Shown in pieces: positions 47,035-55,297 of a stretch of DNA of 64,000 nucleotides; the first letter of the stretch is position 1; every line of letters begins with the position of its first letter. This DNA is from Nitrospinales bacterium (lineage in GTDB: Bacteria; Nitrospinota; Nitrospinia; Nitrospinales; JAJDAT01). A program made the translations under genes and the position numbers. The stretch is taken from assembly GCA_046757665.1 (NCBI GenBank), contig JBHHYO010000001.1:1-64000 (forward strand). Reading direction: 5' to 3'. The notes beneath the pieces are model-generated. The model was not told the DNA's origin. It worked only from the letters and a program-made list of their open reading frames with translations, and searched no databases.

Positions 47035-49180
47035 GAAAGTCGCCGTCTTCGCCACCGAACCGGTGACCGGAAGACTGGGTGGACTCGGTATTCGCCAGCT
47101 CCAGGTGGCTCGCACCCTTGCAAAATTTTTTGAGGTCCGTCTGTTCACTGAGTACCGGGTGGAACGGCATCGCGAACCTTTTCAAATTCTGCAAATCGAT
47201 TATGAACAATCCCATACCCTGGAAGAACCCGTCCGCTGGGCCGACGTCGTGTATTCCAGCCAGCCGGCGGTTGCCCCGTTCACCAAAAAATTCGGCAAGC
47301 CCGTCGCCGTGGATTTGCTGGTCCATGAGTATTTCGAGGACCTGGAGTTCCTGCCGCTCGAAACAATGGAGCCGCTGGAACAATCCGTTTATTTTTCGGA
47401 CTGCATTTTGCGGCTTTCGCGCCAGTTGGATATGGGCGATTTTTTTCTATGCTCCAACGAGCGGGAGCGGGATTTCTATCTCGGTGTCCTCACTCTTTTG
47501 GGAAAACTGATTCCCGGCACCTATCAAACGGACCCGCAGTTTCGTTTCCTGATCGACGTGGCTCCATTTGGTCTCCCAAAAAGGGAGCCGAAAAAAGGCA
47601 AGAATATTTTACGCGGCGAAATCCCCGGTATCGGCCCCAGGGATTTTCTCATCGTCTGGGGCGGGTCGCTTGCCAACTGGTTCGACAGCCTCACTCCCGT
47701 GCGGGCCATGGCCCGGCTCAAAAAAACATGCCCCAGGGCAAAGCTGGTGTTCGTCGGCAACAAGCATCCCGTCCCGGCGGAACAGCCCTCGGCTTTTCAG
47801 AAAACCGTCAACCTCGCAAAACGCCGCGGCCTTTACGGCAAAAACGTTTTTTTTTACACCGACTGGGTTCCCTACGACCGGCACGATTATTACCTGACCG
47901 AGGCGGACGCCGGAATGGTTGCCTTTCACGATCATCTTGAAAACCACTTTTCGTTTCGCATCCGGGTGGTGGATTACTTTTGGGCGGACCTCCCCGTTTT
48001 AACCAACCCCGGAAATGTGCTGAGCCGTCTTATTGAAAGCAAAAACATGGGGAAGGTTTTTCCGTTTGGGGACGACAAAAGCCTGGCGGAGGCCATCGAA
48101 TGGATGGCGGCCCATCGGGCGGGCTGTCGAAAAATGCGCCAGGACATCGCCCGCGAGAAAAAACAGTTTCACTGGGACCGGGTCCTGGCGCCTCTCATCG
48201 ACTTTTGCCGGTCGCCCCGGAAGGCCGCCACCCTGTTCGACGGCGGCAGACTGCCCGAACTGGAGCAACTGAAAAAACAGCGCCGCTTCACGCCGGAGCA
48301 ACTGTTGCGCCTTGTGCCGTCGCATCCTTACATGCGGCTGATGCTGGCCCGGAAAAGCATCCTGGAAAACAAACCGCAAAAAGCCGCCAGCCTGATAAAC
48401 GACCATTTGCGATTATTTGGCTACGGACTGGAAACCGAATTGTTTCGCCTGCCACTGCTGGACGTGCCGGGCGATTTCACCTACGAGGAAATACTTCGCC
48501 TGGTCCCCTCGCACCCCTACTCGCGGTTGATGAGGGCCAGGCTGAAAATGAACGAAAGCAAGTTTCCGCAGGCCGGAAAACTGATTGAAGAGGAAATCGA
48601 ACTGTTCGGCGAAACCGCCGAGGCCCTGTTCTGCCGCGGACTGCTTCGCCAACGGCTTGGAGAGCATCGAAAGGCAGTGGCGGATTTCGAGAGGGTTCGC
48701 CGGGAAATGCCGGAGCGGATCGACTGCTGGCTTCCCCTGGCCGGCTCGCTGGCGGAATTGGGAGACACCAAGCAGGCCAAAAAACTCTACGCCCAGGCAT
48801 GGAACAAGGCTCAGGGCAGGGGGGGAGAGGGAATCCGCGCCCGCGTCGCGGCGGCCATGGCGAAGCTGGAGGCCCCCCGCAGGCCGGAACATGAAACCTG
48901 GGCGCTCTACGAACAACGCGACCCCTGCAACGAAGCGCTGGCGTATGCACACGCCTCGGCGCTGGAACGCGCCGGAAAAACCGGTGAGGCCCGCTCCCGT
49001 TTCGCATCCTTCACCAAAATTTTCCGGAATGAAAAAATCCGGGCGGGAGCCTGGTTCCGTCTGGCGCGGCTGTCTCCACAAAACCAGCGGGGGAAAATGC
49101 TTCGGGCCGCTTTAAAACTGGACCCCTCGCATTCCGCGGCGCGGGAAATGCTACGGCAATTGCGGAACAACGCGGATTAA
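47021..49180 (+). CDS. GT4-like glycosyltransferase with C-terminal TPR repeats
   Basis: GGLGIR, CSNERERDFYLG, WGGSLANWFD, ENHFSFRIRVVDYFWADLP, followed by a TPR tail. Confidence 0.75.
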   Translation: MSKRKKVAVFATEPVTGRLGGLGIRQLQVARTLAKFFEVRLFTEYRVERHREPFQILQIDYEQSHTLEEPVRWADVVYSSQPAVAPFTKKFGKPVAVDLLVHEYFEDLEFLPLETMEPLEQSVYFSDCILRLSRQLDMGDFFLCSNERERDFYLGVLTLLGKLIPGTYQTDPQFRFLIDVAPFGLPKREPKKGKNILRGEIPGIGPRDFLIVWGGSLANWFDSLTPVRAMARLKKTCPRAKLVFVGNKHPVPAEQPSAFQKTVNLAKRRGLYGKNVFFYTDWVPYDRHDYYLTEADAGMVAFHDHLENHFSFRIRVVDYFWADLPVLTNPGNVLSRLIESKNMGKVFPFGDDKSLAEAIEWMAAHRAGCRKMRQDIAREKKQFHWDRVLAPLIDFCRSPRKAATLFDGGRLPELEQLKKQRRFTPEQLLRLVPSHPYMRLMLARKSILENKPQKAASLINDHLRLFGYGLETELFRLPLLDVPGDFTYEEILRLVPSHPYSRLMRARLKMNESKFPQAGKLIEEEIELFGETAEALFCRGLLRQRLGEHRKAVADFERVRREMPERIDCWLPLAGSLAELGDTKQAKKLYAQAWNKAQGRGGEGIRARVAAAMAKLEAPRRPEHETWALYEQRDPCNEALAYAHASALERAGKTGEARSRFASFTKIFRNEKIRAGAWFRLARLSPQNQRGKMLRAALKLDPSHSAAREMLRQLRNNAD

Positions 49181-49293
49181 CCTCGCGCGAACGAAGCGTT
49201 GTCTCTTCAAGATTCTGTTTTATCCGCCGAAAAGGTTATAATGGCCCGTTCGCCCCTTTTGGGGTCCTCAAGCAATCGACAGAGGAATCGACG

Positions 49294-52188
49294 GTGAAAA
49301 TTCTTGTCTGCAATCCGCCCGGCCGATTTCCCGGAAACCGGTACGTCTGCCCCTTTCCCAGCCGATGGACCAGCATGTTCAAGGGGTATCCGGTTTTCAT
49401 TTATTACCCTTACGAGTTGGCCTACCTGTCCGCCCTCCTGAAAAGAGAGTTGCCCGGCGACCAGGTGAAGATGGTGGACGGCGCCTGGCTACGGTTTACC
49501 GCCGACGATTACATTCGCTTCCTGAAACACGAAAAACCCGACTGGGTGGTGTTTGAGGTGGATACCGTCACCTACGGCGAAACGCGCAAAATAGCCGACC
49601 GCATCAAATCGGACCTGGGAACCCGGGTTATCATGACCGGCCAATACCCGACGGCGTTTCCCGAAAAAGTGGCGGCGGACGGTTATCGCTATGTCTGCAT
49701 CGGCGAGTTCGAAGCCACCGTCCTGGACGTGTTGAGGGGGAATGACCCGAAATCCATCGAGGGGCTCCACCCGAACTCCTATCGCAAGGTTCTCGATCTT
49801 GACTGGCTTCCGGACCCCGAGGACGAGGATATCCGCCGCATCGACTACAGTTATTCCGGCGGGCACCGCTGGACGCGCTACCGGGAAATCGAGGTTCACC
49901 CGTCGCGCGGGTGCCCTTACACGTGCGATTTTTGCGTAGCCGGCACCGTTTACTACGAAAACATCAACTGGCGTTTTCGCAAGCCGGAACGGATCGTCAA
50001 TGAGATCGAAACCCTGCGCCGCAAATATCCGCAAATGGAAGGCTGTTTCTTCAACGAAGAAACCCACATCATCAGGAAAAAAAACATTCTGGAATTTTGC
50101 GATGCCCTCATCGCCTCCGGCAACAACGACCTGCATTTCGAGGCCATGGCCAACCACCAGCGGCTGGACGAGGAAATTCTCGAAGCCTTGAAGCGGGCCG
50201 GTTACTATAAACTGCGCATCGGCATCGAAAGCGTGGACGAAGCCACCGGGCAAAGCATCGGCCTGGTCAAGACCCGTCCCGACCGCCTGGAAAAGGTTTT
50301 GAAAATCGCCGCCAAGCTGGGGATCGAAATGTACGGCACCTTTCTCTTCGGGGCATCCGGTTCCACCCGGGAGGGCGACCGCAAAACCATCGAGTTCGGA
50401 CGCAGAGTTATCTCAAAGGGGTTGTTGACCAGTTGGCAGGCATCCATTGCCGTCCCCCACCCGGCAACGCCGTTTTACCGAAAAGCCGTCGAAAACGACT
50501 GGCTGGTGACCGACAGCCTGGACCGCTTCAACGGCATCAGCGACACCGTGGTCAGCTATCCCGATTACCCGCGAGAGCAAATCCTGGAAACGGTGAAGGA
50601 GATGGGACGGGAGTTTGAAGCCGCGCGGTCTTTCGATACCGTTCGCAGGCATAAATCCGTCGCCCAGGAAAAAACCGCTATCCTCAAAAAAGACGAGGCC
50701 GTCGTTAATCGAAAACTGGACGCCCTGGCTCCGTTGTTCCAAAGCGGCGAAAACGAAAAAACCCTGGAAGCCGCAAGAGCCATCCTCAAGACTTTTCCGC
50801 AAGCCCTGACGGCCCGCCACGCGATCGGCTCCGTTTACAAGCGAATGGGGGATTTGGCCGCGGCCCGGCGGGAGTTCGAGTTCATTGTCGCCACCGCCTT
50901 CGATTATGAGGATGCGTTGCAGTATGCCGCCGGCGCGCATTTTCATCTCGGCGTTATCGGCCTGGCGGAAAATAAAATCGAGGAGGCTCGCCGGCATCTT
51001 AAAAACTGTATGCACCTGAACCCGGACCACGAGGAAGCCCGGCGGCACTATTGGATGTTGACGGAAACCGGCGGCCGGTGGCTGAGCCTCGAGCGCGCAC
51101 TGCTCGCCTGGAAGCCGGAAGAGAAATGCCATTCCGCCATGATGGCGCTGTTCTCCCTTTGCGCGCCGTTGTTTCGGCTTTGGCTTAGACCCCCGCCAGC
51201 GGTAGCGCCCGCTCGCAAGAGGACACCGCTGGAGTTTAAAGTCCTGCACGAGCCCGCCTCCCGCGGCACGCCCGATGTCTCTGTCGTTATCCGCGCCTGC
51301 AACGAGGCCGAGTTGCTTGCCCAAACCCTGGATGCCGTTACGGAGCAGAAGGGAATCGAAAAAGAAATCATTGTGATCGACTCGCAATCCACGGACGCCA
51401 CGGTGGACATTGCGCGTTCCTTTTCGGCGCGGGTTGTTGAAATCGAAAAAAGCGGCTTCAACTATGCGGCGGCGCTGAACCTGGGTGTCCGCCTGGCGCG
51501 TGGGAAATATGTCGTCAACCTGAGCGCCCATGCCGTGCCGGTGGACACGCGATGGCTGGCGAACCTGATTCAACCCCTGGCCGAGGACCCCGAAACGGCG
51601 GGAGTGCATGGCCGCGAGTTGCCCATGAGGAACCGGTGCGGCGTATTTGAATGGAAAATCCTTGCCGATTCGTTTCCGGACCGCCGGCTCGAGAAAAAGA
51701 ACGATTTCTTTTTTTCCAATGCCAACTCCGCCATGCGCCGGGAGACGCTTGTGGCTTATCCCTTTGACGAATCCGTCGGCTGGGCGGAGGACCAGTTGTG
51801 GGCGGACCGGGTGCAGAAAGCCGGATACAAAACCGTTTACCAACCGGGCGCGGCGGTCTTTCATTCCCACAACCTGACGGCCAAACAGAACTTCGAGCGG
51901 TGCTTGAAATATTATCAAACACTGTTCGCCACCGTTTACCGCGACCGGGCTGTCGAGGTGCGCGGCGCGTTTCGCGCCTCGCTCGCGGCGCGCGCGGTGT
52001 CACTGCGCCGGTTTCTGGTCGAGCGGCGGTTGATGCGGCCGCTTCCGGCGTTCTTTTACGCGCCGTTTTGCGAATACGTCAATTACCTGGGTTGCGAGAT
52101 TTCCTGCGCCGCCCGAACCGCCCCGGAAAAAATTTCCGGTATCCGGGAAAACCGTGTCCGGCAACCTCAAAATCAGGCTGTATCGTGA
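49294..52188 (+). CDS. B12-binding radical SAM-TPR-GT2 fusion protein
   Basis: SRGCPYTCDFC and GIES core, TPR-like middle, then VSVVIRACNE, IDSQSTD, LSAHA and WAEDQ GT2 motifs. Confidence 0.85.
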   Translation: MKILVCNPPGRFPGNRYVCPFPSRWTSMFKGYPVFIYYPYELAYLSALLKRELPGDQVKMVDGAWLRFTADDYIRFLKHEKPDWVVFEVDTVTYGETRKIADRIKSDLGTRVIMTGQYPTAFPEKVAADGYRYVCIGEFEATVLDVLRGNDPKSIEGLHPNSYRKVLDLDWLPDPEDEDIRRIDYSYSGGHRWTRYREIEVHPSRGCPYTCDFCVAGTVYYENINWRFRKPERIVNEIETLRRKYPQMEGCFFNEETHIIRKKNILEFCDALIASGNNDLHFEAMANHQRLDEEILEALKRAGYYKLRIGIESVDEATGQSIGLVKTRPDRLEKVLKIAAKLGIEMYGTFLFGASGSTREGDRKTIEFGRRVISKGLLTSWQASIAVPHPATPFYRKAVENDWLVTDSLDRFNGISDTVVSYPDYPREQILETVKEMGREFEAARSFDTVRRHKSVAQEKTAILKKDEAVVNRKLDALAPLFQSGENEKTLEAARAILKTFPQALTARHAIGSVYKRMGDLAAARREFEFIVATAFDYEDALQYAAGAHFHLGVIGLAENKIEEARRHLKNCMHLNPDHEEARRHYWMLTETGGRWLSLERALLAWKPEEKCHSAMMALFSLCAPLFRLWLRPPPAVAPARKRTPLEFKVLHEPASRGTPDVSVVIRACNEAELLAQTLDAVTEQKGIEKEIIVIDSQSTDATVDIARSFSARVVEIEKSGFNYAAALNLGVRLARGKYVVNLSAHAVPVDTRWLANLIQPLAEDPETAGVHGRELPMRNRCGVFEWKILADSFPDRRLEKKNDFFFSNANSAMRRETLVAYPFDESVGWAEDQLWADRVQKAGYKTVYQPGAAVFHSHNLTAKQNFERCLKYYQTLFATVYRDRAVEVRGAFRASLAARAVSLRRFLVERRLMRPLPAFFYAPFCEYVNYLGCEISCAARTAPEKISGIRENRVRQPQNQAVS

Positions 52189-53150
52189 AAATCAGCGTCA
52201 TCGTTCCCAATTGGAACGGCATCCGGTTCGTCGGCATGTGCCTGGACTCCCTGGCAAAATCGCAGTTCGATGATTGCGAGGTGATCGTCGTGGACAACGG
52301 CTCCACCGACGGGTCGAGGGAAATGATCCAGGAAAAATACCCCTGGGTGAGGCTGATCGCGCTTCCGCAAAATCTCGGTTTTGCCCGCGCCTGCAATGAG
52401 GGAATCAAGGCCTCGCGGGCCGAATATGTCGTCCTTCTCAACAACGACATCGAAGTAACTCCCCACTGGCTCCGCGAACTTTACGACGGCATGGAACGGC
52501 ATCCGGAATGCGGGATGGGAACCAGCAAGATGATGTTTCTGCACGACCGCGAAACGTTTTACAATGCGGGAGACTTGTTCTACGCCTGGTCGTCGGGCGG
52601 AGGCCGGGGCCAGGGCGAAAAGGATGTTGGACAATATGAACGGGAAGAACACGTTTTCGGCGCCTGCGCCGGAGCCGGGATTTACCGCCGCGGTTTGTTT
52701 CAAACCATCGGCTTGTTTGACGAGGATTTTTTTATCTTCGCCGAGGATGTCGATCTCAATCTGCGCAGTCAACTGCGGGGATTCAAGTCGGTTTACCTGC
52801 CCCGCGCCAAGGTGTACCACATCGGCACGGCCACCGTCGGCCTTTACAGTGACCGGCACATTTATCTTTGCAAGAGGAACGATATTTTAGTCATGGTCAA
52901 AAATTATTCCCTCGCCATGTACTTCAGGCATTTGTTGTCGATCATCAGGCATCAGTTGGCGGACATCGGCTATTTCTCCAGCCGGGGGCAGGGCGGGGCG
53001 CTTTTCAAGAGCAAGTGGCACGCCCTCGCCATGATGCCGAAAATGCTGGCCCGGCGCCGTTCCATTCAGCGTTCCAGAACGGCGCCGGACTCGGAAGTGG
53101 AACAAATGATAATCACCGACCGATGCCATGCCCCGCCGGGCTCAAGTTAA
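52185..53150 (+). CDS. GT2 glycosyltransferase
   Basis: GTG start overlapping the upstream stop (GTGA); VIVPNWNG, VDNGSTDGS, LLNND and FDEDFFIFAEDVD. Confidence 0.9.
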   Translation: MKISVIVPNWNGIRFVGMCLDSLAKSQFDDCEVIVVDNGSTDGSREMIQEKYPWVRLIALPQNLGFARACNEGIKASRAEYVVLLNNDIEVTPHWLRELYDGMERHPECGMGTSKMMFLHDRETFYNAGDLFYAWSSGGGRGQGEKDVGQYEREEHVFGACAGAGIYRRGLFQTIGLFDEDFFIFAEDVDLNLRSQLRGFKSVYLPRAKVYHIGTATVGLYSDRHIYLCKRNDILVMVKNYSLAMYFRHLLSIIRHQLADIGYFSSRGQGGALFKSKWHALAMMPKMLARRRSIQRSRTAPDSEVEQMIITDRCHAPPGSS

Positions 53151-53212
53151 AGGGCTCGGATTCCGTTCAGGAAGAGAAAACCCTTGCGTTTCCTGGTAGC
53201 CGAAATAATATC

Positions 53213-55297
53213 ATGAAGATTCTTTTGCTCTATCCTCCCGACCGGGCGTTCCCGGCGGTTCCCTACGCCAGCCTGCCGGCCCTGGCGCCCTGTCTGCAAC
53301 AGGCGGGCCACGAGGTCGTTCTCCGCGACGCTTCCCTGGATGTTTTTCATCGGTTGATGAAGGAGGAAACGCTTTTCCGCTATCTCAAGACGTATCGGGA
53401 GCGGTTGCGCGTTCTGGAAGCGAAAGTTTCCCTGAATCCCGATGAAGCGGAAGAATACAAGGCTCTCGTTCAAACTCTCGCGGTTCCCGAGGAAGCATTG
53501 CGCCGGGTGACCGCTTCCATCCGGATCATGCAAAGCGAGGAGTTTTACAAGCCCGAATCGTTCACGCGGGCCTGGGATGATTTGCGGAGCGCCATGCGGT
53601 TTTATTACGGACCGAACCCCATCGACTCGCCGAATTACCCCGACTTTGCCGACCGGCTCCGCAAAGCGTTAAGCGCCCGGTGGATCGACCCCGTTGCCGA
53701 CGTTTACGGTCAAGGTTACATCGAGAGCCTGTTGCGGGAAACACCCGACCTGATCGGAATCAGCATTCCGTTTATCGTGTCTTATTACGAAGCCATGAAG
53801 CTGGCGAAACATATCCGTGCCCGAGCCCCACGCATCCCACTGGTGATCGGCGGCTCCCTGATCGACACTTACAAGGACGTTATGGCCGCCGATCCCGGAT
53901 TATACGATCTTTTCGATTATGCCATGGTGGGCGAGGGAGAGGAAGCCGTCTGCCGGCTAGCCGCGGCGCTGGAAAACGGCGCCGGCCTGGATGCGGTGCC
54001 CAACCTGTATTACCGGGACGCCGCCGGCGCGGTGAAACATACCGCGAAAAAGTCCGTGGAGGATTTGAACGTGCTTCCGGCTCCGGATTTCACGGGACTG
54101 CCGCTGGAAAAATATCTTTCGCCCGAACCGATCGCCAGTTTCCAGACTTCGCGTGGGTGTTACTACGGCAAGTGCACGTTTTGCTCCCTGTCTTTCCGCG
54201 ATAACTTCCGCCTTCGGGACCCGCGGCGGGTTGTTCAGGATATGATCGACATCCACGCGAGCACGGGCATCAAGACATTTCTTTTGTGGGATTCCCTGTC
54301 GCCACCCAAGACAGTGCGCGCCGTCGCCGGTCAGGTCAGGGACGAGAACCTGGGGTTTCACTGGTTCGCCGAGACCAAGTTTGAAAAAACGTATCTGAAT
54401 AAAAAGTTCCTGCAAGACCTTGGAGAGGGCGGATGCCGGTTCCTGCAATTCGGAATGGAGTCGGCCAGCGAGCGCATCCTCGACCTGATCGACAAAGGCA
54501 ACAAGAATGCGGAGATCGACGTCATGCTGGACAACATGGCGGCGGCGGGAATCGGCGCCAGCTTGACCTGGTTCATCGGTTTTCCCACGGAAACCGAGGC
54601 GGAAGCCGACGCCAGTTACGATTTCATCGAGGCCCGCCGGCACAAGGTGACTCTTTCCGCCTATACCGGAACATATAACCTGTTGCCCGACCAGCCGTTG
54701 TTTTACGACCGGGACAGTTATGGGATCGACATCCATCGCAACGCCGATGGCGGCTATTATTTCACTTACCGGGACGGTTCCGAGCCTTACGACCGGAGCG
54801 AGCGCAACCACGCTTTTCTGGCGCGCGGCGATGCGGAGCTTCTCAAGCATGGCGCATACATTCTTTATTCGACCTATTGCCCGGACCGTATTCATAAACT
54901 GTCGGGCGCGTATCGGGTGGGTCCCCTGGTCCGCGACGTCGAGAACCTTGAGGAAGCGGTGGTGCAACGCACGCCGGAGACGCACATCACCGCTTTTGCC
55001 AGGGACCCGATCAAGGATTTTAACGCGCCGCCTTCTCCCGTAAAACTGGTTTACCAGTCCATGACCGGGGAGGTTTTTCGGCTTCGGGGAAGGGAGATGG
55101 CCGTCCTTGATGCCGGCGCGGAGCCTGTGTCGCTCGCCGCGATTGGAAAAAGAATCGGCATGGACTGGCGGGAACTGGAGTCCATTGTTCATACCCTGAC
55201 GAATCGCGGGTTGCTGAAATTCATTGTGAATGGGAACAGCCCGGACGCGCAAAACCGGGTTCTTGAGAAAATTGAAGCCTGCGTGGAGTCGCCATGA
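53213..55297 (+). CDS. B12-binding radical SAM protein (paralog 1) with C-terminal winged-helix/RRE-like domain
   Basis: MKILLLYPP, GEGE, TSRGCYYGKCTFC, GMES and FIGFPTET. Confidence 0.88.
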   Translation: MKILLLYPPDRAFPAVPYASLPALAPCLQQAGHEVVLRDASLDVFHRLMKEETLFRYLKTYRERLRVLEAKVSLNPDEAEEYKALVQTLAVPEEALRRVTASIRIMQSEEFYKPESFTRAWDDLRSAMRFYYGPNPIDSPNYPDFADRLRKALSARWIDPVADVYGQGYIESLLRETPDLIGISIPFIVSYYEAMKLAKHIRARAPRIPLVIGGSLIDTYKDVMAADPGLYDLFDYAMVGEGEEAVCRLAAALENGAGLDAVPNLYYRDAAGAVKHTAKKSVEDLNVLPAPDFTGLPLEKYLSPEPIASFQTSRGCYYGKCTFCSLSFRDNFRLRDPRRVVQDMIDIHASTGIKTFLLWDSLSPPKTVRAVAGQVRDENLGFHWFAETKFEKTYLNKKFLQDLGEGGCRFLQFGMESASERILDLIDKGNKNAEIDVMLDNMAAAGIGASLTWFIGFPTETEAEADASYDFIEARRHKVTLSAYTGTYNLLPDQPLFYDRDSYGIDIHRNADGGYYFTYRDGSEPYDRSERNHAFLARGDAELLKHGAYILYSTYCPDRIHKLSGAYRVGPLVRDVENLEEAVVQRTPETHITAFARDPIKDFNAPPSPVKLVYQSMTGEVFRLRGREMAVLDAGAEPVSLAAIGKRIGMDWRELESIVHTLTNRGLLKFIVNGNSPDAQNRVLEKIEACVESP

